Assembly (NCBI GenBank): GCA_030390025.1
Contig: CM059432.1
Coordinates: forward strand, 137,022,001 to 137,086,000
From: Squalus acanthias
Lineage: Eukaryota
Length of the DNA: 64,000 nt
Reading direction: 5' to 3'
A program made the translations under genes and the position numbers. The notes under the pieces are model-generated. The model ran no database searches and was not told the origin of the DNA. It was given only the letters and a program-made list of their open reading frames with translations. Shown here piece after piece: positions 1 through 12,487 of this stretch (its first letter is position 1; every line of letters begins with the position of its first letter).

Positions 1-290
1 CCTTTCATGACCTCAAGATGTCCCAAAATGCTTTACAGCCAATGAAGTACTATTTTGAAGTGTAGTCAATGTTGTAATGTAGGGAAACGTGGCAGCCAAT
101 TTGCACACAGCCAGGTCCTACAAACAGCAATGTGATAACAACCAGATCATTTGCTTTTTAGTGATGTTGGTTCAGGGATAAATATTGTCTGGGAAGAACT
201 CCCCTACTCTTCTTCGGAATAGTGCCATGGGGTCTTTTATGTTCACCTGAAGGGGCAGACGGGGCCTTGATTTAATGTCTCATCCAATCA
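1..290 (-). mobile_element. DeuSINE (SacSINE1-like) fragment
   Basis: Reverse complement matches the core and tail of full copies at 16755-17190 and 27105-27552. Confidence 0.8.
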
Positions 291-523
291 TGGAAGGGAA
301 AGAAGGAGCCTTTCTTGGGATAGTCGATGAAGCAGGGTATAGTTGCAGTGGAGGCTGAGTCCAACGGGAGTTAGTGTTAGCAAGAGGGGGTTTGTGGGTC
401 AAGACAGATCGTTCTGTCATGGTAAGTAGTAGAGATGTTAGATTTTTTTAATTGCTCTTCTAATATGGCACTATAACCAACAAGCAAGACCAGCACACAT
501 TAATGGCACAAACCAGGCTTGTA

Positions 524-1423
524 TTTTTTTTTAATTCATTTATGGGATGTGGGCGTCGCTGGCAAGGCCAGCATTTATTGCCCATCCCTAATTGCCCTTG
601 AGAAGGTGGTGGTGAGCCGCCTTCTTGAACCGCTGCAGTCCATGTGGTGAAGGTACTCCCACAGTGCTGCTAGGTAGGGAGTTCCAGGATTTTGACCCAG
701 CGATGATGAAGGATCGGCGATATACTTCTAAGTCAGGATGGTGTGTGACTTGGAGGGGAACTTGGAGGTGATGGTGTTCCCATGCGCCTGCTGCCCCTGT
801 CCTTCTAGGTGGTGGAGGTCGCGGGTTTGGGAGATGCTGCCGAAGAAGCCCCTTGGCGAGTTGCTGCAGTGCATCTTGTAGATGGTACACACTGCAGCCA
901 CGGTACGCCAGTGGTGGAGGGAGTGAATGTTTAAGGTGGTGGATGGGGTGCCAATTAAACGGGCTGCTTTGTCCTGGATGGTGTCGAGCTTCTTGAGTGT
1001 TGCTGGAGCTGCACTCATCCAGGCAAGCGGAGAGTATTCCATCACACTCCTTACTTGTGCCTTGTAGATGGTGGAAAAGCTTTGGGGAGTCAGGAGGTGA
1101 GACACCCACCACAGAATACCCAGCCTCTGACCTGCTCTTGTTGCCACAGTATTTCTGTGGCTGGTCCAGTTAAGTTTCTGGTCAATGGTGACCCCCTAGG
1201 ATGTTGATGGGGGATTCGGCGATGGTAATGCCGTTGAATGTCAAGGGGCGGTGGTTAGACTCTCGCTTGTTAGAGATAGTCATTGCCTGGCACTTCTGTG
1301 GCGCGAATGTTACCTGCCACTTATCAGCCCAAGCCTGAACGACTGCTTCATTATCTGAGGAGTTGTGAATGGCACTGAACACTGTGCAGTCATCAGCAAA
1401 CATCCCCATTTCTGACCTTATGT
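524..1423 (-). mobile_element. 5'-truncated CR1-group LINE (family B), end of ORF2 plus 3' UTR
   Basis: RT motif MFADD, WADKWQVTF, YKAQVRSVMEY with frameshifts; tail shared with 56593-57770. Confidence 0.9.
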
Positions 1424-1444
1424 TGGGGGGAAGGTTATTTTTTA

Positions 1445-1758
1445 AGAACATGCATTTTTTTTACAGTGCCTTTCACAACTTCAGGATTTCCTAAAGTGCT
1501 TTACAGCCAATGAAGTACTTTTGAAGTGTAGTCACTGTTGTAATGCAGGAAACGTGGCAGCCAATTTGCCACAGCAAGCTCCTACAGATAGCAATGTGAT
1601 AATGACCAGATAATCTGTTTTAGTGATGTTGGTTCAGGCATAAATATTGTCCAGGACACCGGGGAGAACTCCCCTGCTCTTCTTCGAAATAGAGCCCTGG
1701 GATCTTTTACATCTACCTTAGAATTCAGACGGGGGCTTCAGTTTAAGGCCTTATCTGA
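1445..1758 (-). mobile_element. DeuSINE fragment
   Basis: Same core and tail as the other copies. Confidence 0.8.
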
Positions 1759-1852
1759 CGAAAGGTCATCGACCTGAAACGTTAACTCTGTTTCTCTCTC
1801 CACAGATGCTGCCTGAACTGCTGAGTGTTTCCAGCATTTTCTGTTTTTATAT
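1755..1852 (+). mobile_element. Penelope-like terminal fragment with hammerhead core
   Basis: CTGACGA-A-AGGTC-ATC-GACCT-GAAAC-GTT-AACT; homologous to 33295, 49073 and 55128-55405. Confidence 0.7.
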
Positions 1853-4800
1853 TAAAGAAATGATCAATCTCACTTAATGCCTTCTCTGTTCACAAATAGG
1901 AATTTCACCCCCAGTGAGTCTTTTTTGCAAATCAAAAGACTAACATTCAAAAATGTCAAATGGAATCCAAAATTAACTTAAAGTCTGAGTTTCATCAACA
2001 TTAATTGTATACACAGTGGAATTCCATGACATACAGTAGGCCAGAACTGACAAAAAACTTGTAGCTAGCCCAATTTACATATTGCATAGAATTTACAGCA
2101 CAGAAACAGGCCAGTCAGTCCAACAGGTCTATGCTCCACACGAACCACCTCCCACCCTACTTCATCTCACCCTGTCAGCATCCTAAATATGTAGGATGTA
2201 TTAATGTACATTACAACTAATCAGATCAAACTTATGATCTATCTATTCTTCCTTTATTTCCAGTTTCATCATACAATTACCTACTAATTCTTAAGGTGGA
2301 CTTTTAAATGATAATTTCCTTCAATTAATGCAGTTTCTGTATCTCAACGGTGTAATAGTTTTGATCTGATGTGATGGGCAGGCTTCTTCTTCTTCTTCTT
2401 CTTCTAGCTGAAGAATGAGTGACAGCAGCCCTTCTGGGCATGTTTGTGCCACTCAGATGTCCGGACTGATTGGCAATGCTTGAAGTACCTGCTGCTGCAT
2501 GATGACTGCATCAAATCGACACAATCTATTTGATTCCACGCCAGTTGGGAAAAAAAGGTTCTTCCCAATTTAGTTGAAAAGTTCCTTTTCCCATCCTCCC
2601 TTTCTCCCCCCACCCCCTGAATGTGATGACTTAGGGGTAAAGTTCCGTAGGCACCTTTCCAGTATGTCAACCAAGTGGTCTGTCTTGATATGCAAACCAA
2701 AACTCTCATAGGGACAGAAGTAGGCCATTCAGCCCCTCGAGCCTGCTCAATCTGTTCAATCAGATCTGTACCTCAACTTCATTTACCCGCTTTTGCTCCA
2801 TACTTGGTACGCTTCCCTCTCCATAGGGTATTTAACCACAATCTGATATCATATCCTTATTCAACATCTACATGCACTTTCGTTCCAGTAGAAGTTACTG
2901 GATAGCAATCAGGAGTGGCCATGCCATTTTGTTTTGCCCTTCATAGCCCAGGGATGCCGAGGCCATCTGTAGTGCCCCAGCATGGACCTGTTGGGCCAAA
3001 TGGCCTGTTTCCATGCTATAAATACCCTGTACAATGCCAGCCCAGCTATGATCAACTAACATAGCATAAACAGGGTTCAAAGTAGAGACCATAACAGAGA
3101 ATATAGAGAGGAAGCAAAAATTATTTAAAAAATCAATATTATCTCCTTGCTTTTGTATTTAATGCCTCTAGATTTTTTAAAAAAGCACAACAAGACTTGT
3201 GTTTGCTGTTCTACAGCTTTATCTAGGTACACTGCAAGCTCTGTACCTGTGTACCTGCACACCAACACCTGCCTCTGCTCCTTTACTCCATTTCAAATCT
3301 TACAACTTAAGGCATCTTTTATTTCCCCCATTATTATTTACAGATGAAATTAAAAGCTGAGAAGGTGGGTACAGAATAAATGGCTGAATTAGTACAAGGA
3401 GATATAGGAAATAACCAGGGGGAAATTGTAGACTCATCACTTTCAACAATTAGTGTGCTGAAGCATTTGGAAAAAGCTAATAAAATGCAAGAATATATAA
3501 TCAGAACAGTCAATTAGCTCTACTAGTTTTACAACACATTGGTTAGACCATACTTTACATGCTGTGTTTAATTTTAATTACCACAGCATTAAAAATATAC
3601 TTGTATTAGAAAGGGTATTAAAAAAAAAGACTGATCCTAACTATAAGCCAAATGGCCTTTCCTCATTCATTTTGTTCTTATGCTTTAAATTTTACTTTGC
3701 AACTGTTCTGAAGGTGCTGTTCTGAACTCAAAAGGTGGCAGAACTTCTTTGGGATCACTTTCATCCTCCATGATTCACTTTAGCTCAAATTATCTTCAAT
3801 GAAATTCAGAAAATGATGATGCAGGAACAATCTTGTTTAGCCTGTAACCTTGCAGGGTACTAAATCTATTCTAGACGTGTAGTAGGCTAGAACATTGACC
3901 TTTCAACTCTGTCTTTTAGTTCCGACAAAAGTGATTGAAGTGAGTATTTGCACCGCTGTGCCAGCCAATGAGTTGGAGGCGAGGCGGGGCGGGCCTTACA
4001 GCAGCACCTAAAGCTAACAGTCTATTTACTCAGCAAACAGAGTCTATCTAAACAGCATACTACAGCAAACAGTCTATTTAAAGAGTCTCTATGCACTACA
4101 GCACGCAGAACTCACAACCAAAACTACAGCAAAGTCTCCCGATAAAAGCAGGATTATTTCTCCAGTAAAATGCAGTGAGTGGAGGATAGTTACACAATAC
4201 AAATGATGTACGTAAAATCAATCCTGATCACATACAGCGGTGCGGTCTCCAGGCGTGATTGACAGGGGAATTACCCAATCATCTCCATTCTGACCGGGAA
4301 TAGTGGTGTCACTGAATGCAGCCAAAATGGACTGAATTTGTGACTAAAATAAACAGCGGGGGATCCAGAAGACATCTTGAAGGAACTCTGCTAGCCACTA
4401 CCCTCCAGCCAAAGGTTTTCCCATTTATTATCACCTTCGGTTTCCTATTGCCAAGTCAATTTTCAATCCAATTAGCTGATTTACCATGAATGCAACGAGC
4501 CTAATCTTTTTAAGCCTTGTATCTGAAACTTTAACAAATACCTTTTTATTGGCCTGGAAATTGTGGTCGGAGGCTTGCCACCCGCGTACGCCTCAGAACC
4601 ACAAGAAAACTCTGTACTTACCTGCTGCCTCCGGAGCTTCAGACTCTTGTGGTCCTGGGCCTCCAGGCGTACGCCTGCGTCCACAGTTTTTTTTTGGTGG
4701 GGCGGGGGGTTAAGATTTTCACTACCCTTTGTGTGAAAAAGTGCATCTTGATTTCATTCTTAAATGGCATCGCTCTAATTTTAAGATTATGCCCCTTGTT

Positions 4801-4925
4801 CTTGATTACTTCACTAGAGGAAACGATTTCTCTGTATCTACTCCCTTTTATCCTTTTTAAAACCTCAAATAGATCTCCCCTCAACCTTCTAAAGTCAAGG
4901 GAATACAAACCAAGATTAAACTAAT

Positions 4926-5601
4926 GGGTCAGATATTCCGATCGGAGGCTTCCTGCGTGCGGAGGCCTCCGATCAGGAAAAATCTACGCCCTTACCTGCT
5001 GGCTCCGTAGGTCCGGACACTTCCGCTCCTGGGCCTCTCCTGGTGTGTGCGCAAGCGTCCCTGGGATCACGTGGGCCATGGGGAACCAATCAAAGAAGGG
5101 AATCCCCCTGCACACTTTTGATAGGTCTCTACGGATAGATCTGTCAAAAGTATGAATGGGGATCACTTAAAAAACAGTTAAAGATTAAATAATTTTTAAA
5201 AAAACATCACGTATTTAAAATTAGTTAAAAATAGTTTACGGGGCTAAAAATAAACGTACCTTTTTTAAAAGTATTTTAAAATTATAAATGAGTGAAAAAA
5301 AAGTTATTTTTTAATTTTTTTAAACTCTTATGCTGGTAAAAGCAGGCCTTACGCTTGCTTTTACCAGGCGTAAGATTTTTAAAGGTTTTCAGCGGGCGGA
5401 GGTTGTGCAGAAAGCGGAACTCTCCACCCACAGAGGCCCTTCTCCAGGGCAGGCGGACGATCTGTCAAGAGCATTCTTGACAGATCGAAAGTGCCGGTTT
5501 TCAGTGCATGTGCTTTGCATGCCTGAAACCGGCACTTGCGAGGCCCCTACGGGCGCGTACACACCTCGTACACACCTGTGGGGGGTCGGAAAATCCAGCC
5601 C
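4926..5601. mobile_element. Non-autonomous Harbinger-type element (family Y)
   Basis: Imperfect TIRs GGGTCAGATATTCCGA / TCGGAAAATCCAGCCC, flanks AAT/ATT; related to 31352-32115 and the partial copy at 4551-4690. Confidence 0.7.
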
Positions 5602-6614
5602 ATTATCTGAAATTTCCTGGATTTGATCCTCACTCCTTTCTGTAATTTTCCTGAATATTATCCACCTGTCCTTCAATCTGACACAACCAGTTGCTTATCT
5701 GAATCGCACAATATGTTACTCCCTCCCTCCAAATCTACTTAAATACCTCCCATTCTTGTTTCCACATTGTAGTGCCAACGGATCAGCTTCACGGGATTAT
5801 ATGCAGCAGCCTATTCTTTCTGTGAAAGTTCTTTCTGCCGAACACAGCTCTGCAGTTATCATCAAAGCCAAATCCCAGCTGTATACATCATTTTAAGATC
5901 CACTTACTGAAAGCATTGTTGCCACTCATTCTTTACACACCCCAAGTTAGTATTGTGAGCAACCCACAGACTGCCACATTTGCACCCCTTGTCAAAAATT
6001 TACCCAGCATAGCTGTATCGTGCTCCTTTAGTTCTTCAGCTCTAACATCCATATTCTTTGGTCCCGCCTTAAATATCACTGCCATTTTAAAAAATTTGTT
6101 TTCAGGATGTGGGTGATGCTGGCATAACTGTTGTTTCAGTCCAGTGGCAGAGGCGGAAAACTGATTGGAGGGCTTCAAACAGAGTTGTGGGAAAGATGGG
6201 CACGGATTTGGGAGGTGTCAACACGTTCAAGTACTTTGGAGAGGAAAGGGAGGTTGGCGATGGGGCGGTAGTTTGGAAGGACAGAGGGGTCAAGGGTGGG
6301 GTTTTTTGAAGAGTGGCCTTACCCTCTCATCCTTTATTGTACCAGCAGTTTTCTTGCCCTCCCTATCACCTTTCAAACAACTGCCCTAATAGATAGACAA
6401 TACTGCCCTACTTTGGTTGAGTTTGTGCTGGGAACTGAATAAGGATTATCTACAATTAACTATATAAAACTCGAAAGAAAGCTTCTGACTCACCTGGATT
6501 TACTCCTGGGTCACAGTGATGAAACACACTGCTTTCTAACCATCTCCTGTTCAAAGAGCCGGCACAGGTACAATGGGCCGAATGGCTTCCTTCTGTGCTG
6601 TATGATTCTATTTA

Positions 6615-7005
6615 CAACTACAACAATTTGCATTTATATAGCATCTTTAATGCAGTAAAACATTCCCAAGGTGCTTCACAGGAGCCTTATCAAATAAAAT
6701 TTGACACCGAGCCACATAAGGAGATACTAGGACAGGTGACCAAAAGCTTGGTCAAAGAGGTAGTAAGGAGCATCTTAAAAAGGAGGAGAGAAGTAGAGAG
6801 GCAGAGAGATTTAGGGAAGGAATTCCGTGGCTTAGGCAGCTGAAGGCACGGCCGCCAATGATGGAGCGATGAAAATCAGGGATGCGCAAGAGGCCAGAAT
6901 TGGAGGAGCGCAGAGATCTCGGAGGGTTGTAGGGCTGGAGGAGGTTACAGAGATAGGCAGGGGCGAGGCCATGGAGGGATTTAAAAAAAGTGGATGAGAA
7001 TTTTA
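6615..7005 (-). mobile_element. L2 LINE 3' end
   Basis: Minus strand encodes LHGLAPAYLCNLLQPYNPPRSLRSS...GGRAFS, followed by an L2-type tail. Confidence 0.85.
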
Positions 7006-8444
7006 CTGTCCATCCTTATTACCCTGAGAAGGTGGTGGTGAACCACTTTCTTCTAGGGGCTGTTTTTACATCAGGGTGGTAGGCTAGGCAACTTTAGAGG
7101 GCACACAGTCTGGGACTGGAGTCATATGCAAGTCAGATTAGGTACGGGGTTGTGAACTATTTGGTATTTTAATATCAAAATGGAAGCTATCATGGTCATT
7201 TGTTTTCTCTAGCGCCAACCTATAAGTGCCCAGATTTATGGAATTCGGTTACACAACTCGTTATAGTGGGATTTGAACTCAAAAAGGCAATGCTTTCAAT
7301 TTTGACCGAGGTGTAAAACTGGGTGCATCGGATCAGTTACCCTGCTATACATCCCGCACGATTCTCAATTATTTCAATGGAAAGGAAAACCGTCCCAAAT
7401 TGGAAGTTCCACCCAAAACCTCTAGGTTGCTAGTCCAGTATGATAATCGCTGCACGACCCACATGTAATTTCAATATGCCCAAGTCCTGGCCATGATTCA
7501 GCCCAGTCCCTATTTTATTCACCCTTATTTCTAAAGCCTAGCCACCACTGTTGATAGTATTAGCAGACAAGCACTAGGGTGCTCATATGGCATTCCCTTA
7601 TCTGCTATTTTAAAGTAAATATATTTAAAATAAATCAGTTAATGTCTCCATTAAAACGAATATGTTAAGCAATTTCTCGACATGTATTCCTTACCCTTGG
7701 CCCTGGCAAGCAATATGCAGTCTTATTATCTTTGCGCGGCTCTTTATCCACGTATCTCACTACTTAGCTTCCTATTACAATAGTTTGTCAAGCCAATTCC
7801 TTTCCTTCCTTCAACCTGTTCAATTCATTTGCCTCACTTGCCTTCCCTTCCACACTTATCAGACTCACTGTCCTCATTTACCGCCTTCTCTTCGAACCAG
7901 CAATCTGAAGGCTCACTAGACAAATGCACGTGTGGTGTAATAGTAAACTAGCTTTTTAAAACACGGAGGAGAAGTGGATAGCGCAGGTACAAGCAGGTTA
8001 TTTAACTTGTAATGTTAGCTTGGCACGAGAGGACACAAAATTGACAAGTCTCAAAGCAGGGTTTGAAGGATTATTTGCTCCATCAAGTGGTGGATAAATG
8101 GTATAGGCTACTCGGCATTTAAAAAAAGCAGTGAATGAGCAACTTCAAAAAGGAGCTGCATAAATATCTAGTGGGAAATAGAAGCGTGGGTTATTAGGGC
8201 AAGTCCCGATAGAGAGGGCAGTTAGACAGAGTTCACCGCAGTTCTGAAGGACTGATTTACGCAATCTTCGCCCATCACAGCTCGTAAACAAGCTAATGAA
8301 ATAAGAGGCAAAGGAAACACTAAAGTGATATGCAGAATTAACAGCATCAAGAGAGCTGGTAAGTAAAGCTCCAGTGAAAATAAGGATAGTGGTGGACTGC
8401 TTTATTTTTTGTTCCACAGTTATATGAAACTCTCAAGTCAGATG

Positions 8445-9220
8445 ATAAGAACAGGAGTAGGCCATTTAGCCTATTCCGCCATTCAATGAGATTATGGCTG
8501 ATCTGTGACCGAACTCTATATACCGCCTTTGCCCCAATCCCTTAATACCTTTGGTTAACAAAAATCTATCAATCTCAGATTTAAAATTAACAATTGACCT
8601 AGCATCAATTGCCATTTGCAGAAGAGAGTTCCAAACTTCTACCACCCTTTACGTGTAAAAGTATTTCCTAACTTCACTCTTTTTTAAATTCATTCATGGG
8701 ATGTGGGTGGCGCTGGCAAAGCCAGCATTTATTGCCCAGCTCTAATTGCCCTTGAGAAGGTGGAGGTGAGCAGACTTCTTGAACCGCTGCAGTCCGTGAG
8801 GTGAAGTTACTCCCTTGGTGCTGTTAGGGAGGGAGTTCCAGAATTTTGACCCAGCCACGATGAAGGAACGGCGATATACTTCCAAGTCAGGATGGTGTGT
8901 GACGTGGAGGGGAACTTGGAGGTGGTGGTGTTCCCATGCACCTGCTGCCCTTGTCCTTCTAGGTGGAAGAGGGTGCTGGTTTGGGTGGTGCTGCCAAAGA
9001 AGCCTTGGCAAGTTGCTGCAGTGCATCTTGTAGATGGTACACACTGCAGCCACGGTACGCTGGTGGTGGAGGGAGTGAATGTTTAAGGTGGTGGATGGGG
9101 TGCCTGAAAGGCCTGGCTCTAATTTTTAAGACTATGCCCCTTAGTCGTAGAATCCCCAACCAGCAGAAATATTTTCTCTCTATCTACCCTATCAGTTCCC
9201 CTTAGTATCTTGAAATATTG
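8445..9220 (-). mobile_element. CR1 3' tail split by a family B CR1 insertion (8681-9102)
   Basis: CTTCACTC|...|CCTGAAAGGCCTGG is contiguous at 31268-31290; the insert matches the family B tail. Confidence 0.8.
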
Positions 9221-9631
9221 ATGATCTGGCAAAAAAAGCCTTACAGCATTTAGGGGAGGAACTTAAACATCAATTTATGTCATAACATTGAAAATGGGAG
9301 GAAGTTGCAAGATGGAAACCCCAAACTAGTGAAGATCTTCTTTATACTGAGGTAAGAGATGTGTGTTTCAGGTGTGAAACCCTCCTATTTCTTTGGGTTT
9401 CAGTTTCATGCCCTTCGTGTGTTGACTGATCTCGCTCCATTCTTACCCTCCAGCATACCCAGAGATGATTGAATGCTGTGTGGAACACACTGGCTCCTGA
9501 ACTGTTGAGATACTGAAACTAACATTACAAGGAAGGCAAGCAGTTTTGGAGTTTTGTTCAATTTATCTTTGGGTTGAGGGGGGCGGTAGGGAGAAACTTG
9601 TTAAACCTTTCCTAGGAAAACATTACGTGGG

Positions 9632-10162
9632 TTACTCTTCCCTCTAATTAGGTGGAGGTTGCTGTAGTGTTTATGAGGTTGTTCCTGGTGTACATACCTG
9701 CACTTCTCGTGCCTTAGGCAAAGGCTAAACATCACTCACTCCAAATGAAATATATCCCGTGGGTGCTCACCTACATGCATTGAGTGAGGCAGCTATAGTC
9801 ATGTCTATCTTTGACTCCTTCCTCCCCAGTCAGCAGTGGACCATATTCAAGGGGATTTAAAGACTGGTCATTGTCCTTGTGTCTTTCCAGACCATTCAGA
9901 ATGGGGTGGAATTCATAAAGTTTTCATAGAATGCACTATATTAAGTGTATGATTTTAATTGACTCTCCCACAATTTGTCACATCTAAATTGAGCTCATTC
10001 AAATCAGTTCCAAAATATCTGGGGTGGTTTTGTTCAGTTTGGAACAGTCCATCCTCCATAGAAGATATACTAACTCATTACCTGAGCCAGGCAGGTCTGC
10101 AGTACTCCAAGAGCACTCTCGATAGCTGACCGGCTAGCCTGGCTCATTGATGGGACCTGGAG
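9632..10162 (+). repeat. 531-bp direct duplication, copy 1
   Basis: Matches 11508-12038 at offset 1876; about 6 substitutions counted by eye. Confidence 0.95.
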
Positions 10163-11507
10163 TTGGGTTGGGTAGAGCCAACGTGGGTTGGGTAGAGCCT
10201 GCGATGGAGCAAATTATACACGTTGGCCTGGAGTTTCCTCCATCGGTGCAGCCCGGAAGCTAAACCCATAAATGCGCCCAATCCCGTGCCCATTTTGCTG
10301 ATGTCAAGTTATGCCCAAGGCTCCACACAATCTCATTAGAATATGCCCGAACGTAAAATAGGCGGAAACTAGTCCAGTAACATAACTACTATGCTACTGT
10401 ACCCAAAGGAACAGTTTACGGAATCATTATTATGCTGACAGAGATTGGGTCAAGAACATACAAAGCTTTGCTGCAAGAACTACAATCCATACAAAACTAC
10501 CAAGATCCAGGAGTGCTTCTTTAAATGTTCATTGCTTATTTTAAAAAGCTAGTGACTTTTAGCAACTAAAGTTTAATGATTTATATGATTACTGATATTA
10601 TGTTCTGACATAGTCCAAGCATAATAAATTCAAACTCATAAATGATAATAGTCAATCATTATTATCAATTCTTTATTATTACCAATCATCACATACATGC
10701 AAAGCCATTATCTAAGACTTTCAGTGCAGGAATTTCATAATAGTTTATGATCAAATGTGATTGTTCATCGAATATGCAATCAATGAATGTTAGCGGTTAG
10801 AGCAACACTATATTTTATGGTCTAGGATCATATTCTGCGATCAGTGTTCATTGCAAGAAATAGTCCTGATCCTAATTTTGTTCCTTCAAAATAACTTTGC
10901 ACTACTCTAACCACTTTAACATAGTCAATGCCCCAAGGCACTTAACAAAGCAAAAAAGAGACAAAATGGAGAGTGCGAAAAAGGGCGAGGGAGCTAGAAA
11001 GGATGAGAAAGAATTGGCCTTGGGGTTTTTTTTAAATCAGTTTTTTGCCTCTTCCAGGGGATTACATGGCTGTTCGTGGGCAGCAAGTATTGGGGGTCTT
11101 GTTGCTTAGTTGCAACATGGCTGAATGGGACAGACACAATGGACCAGCTGGTCTTTTTCTGTCCGTCTTTCTGTATGTTTGCATTTCTCATCATAAAGCC
11201 CTGATCAAATTGACAGAACTCAAGGGATTTCTCCCAGCAACTAGGGAAGTACCATAAAAGATGTGTTCCAAATCTAATAAATTTTCAGCACTTCACATTG
11301 GGTTGCATATTGCAACCTTTTCACACTTTGCCAATACAACACTTGGTTGTAGTGTTAGACCCTTGAGGATCAAAGTGCAGGCATGAGGGGGTGGGGGGAG
11401 GGTTGATTGGACAAGGCATTCAAGGGCTGCCTACTGTGAGATGGGTGAATGTTCTTCTGGTGCCTGGGGCTAGCAGGCCATACTCTAGTCTCACTTCTGT
11501 GGTCAGC

Positions 11508-12038
11508 TTACTCTTCCCTCTAATTAGGTGGAGGTTGCTGTAGTGTTTATGAGGTTGTTCCTGGTGTACATACCTGCACTTCTCGTGCCTTAGGCAAAGG
11601 CTAAACATCACTCACTCCAAATGAAATATATCCCGTGGGTGCTCACCTACATGCATTGAGTGAGGCAGCTATAGTCATGTCTATCTTTGACTCCTTCCTC
11701 CCCAGTCAGCAGTGGACCATATTCAAGGGGATTTAAAGACTGGTCATCATCCTTGTGTCTTTCCAGACCATTCAGAATGGGGTGGAATTCATAAAGTTTT
11801 CATAGAATGCACTATATTAAGTGTATGATTTTAATTGACTCTCCCACATTTTGTCACATCTAAATTGAGCTCATTCAAATCAGTTCCAAAATATCTGGGG
11901 TGGTTTTGTTCAGTTTGGAACAGTCCATCCTCCATAGAAGATATACTAACCCATTACCTGAGCCAGGCAGGTCTGCAATACTCCAAAAGCACTCTCGATA
12001 GCTGACCGGCTAGCCTGGCTCATTGATGGGACCTGGAG
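11508..12038 (+). repeat. 531-bp direct duplication, copy 2 (probable donor)
   Basis: Matches 9632-10162. Confidence 0.95.
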
Positions 12039-12149
12039 AGATAGATCCATCAACTGGGGTTGGGATTGTTCTCATTCAGTTCCAGATAACTGTCAAAGCC
12101 AAAGTCCAAAGGGGTAAGATGGTCCTAGTTAGGGGAGCGCAGATATCAC

Positions 12150-12487
12150 AACCTCCCGAGATACCTGCGCTCCTCTACTTCTGCCCTTTTGAGCATCCCT
12201 GATTATAATCACTCAACCTTTGGCGGCCGTGCCTTCTGCTGCCTAGGCCCGAAGCTCTGGAATTCCCTCCCTAAACCTCTCCGCCTCTCTACCTCTCTTT
12301 CCTCCTTTAGACGCTCCTTAAAACCTACCTCTTTGACCAAGCTTTTGGTCACCTGCCCTAATTTATCCTTATGTGGATCAGTGTCAAATTTCTTGTCTTA
12401 AAATACTCCTGTGCAGCGCCTTGGGATGTTTTACTATGTTAAAGGCGCTATATAAATACAAGTTGTTGTTGTTGTTGTTGTTGTTGC
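12150..12487 (+). mobile_element. L2 LINE 3' end with (GTT)n tail
   Basis: GGRAFCCLGPKLWNSLP; ends TATATAAATACAAG(TTG)n. Confidence 0.85.

Noticed and set aside
588..1112. Recurring ...HHHLLKGN ORFs as a gene family
   Set aside because: Frameshifted and alternate-frame readings of CR1 family B 3' ends
2383..2490. (CTT)n-AG acceptor followed by ATG
   Set aside because: Microsatellite; the frame closes after about 22 codons and no donor is evident
9632..12038. LTR retrotransposon or TRIM (two direct repeats around 1.3 kb)
   Set aside because: No TG..CA termini, PBS, PPT or outer TSD; junctions fit a templated insertion
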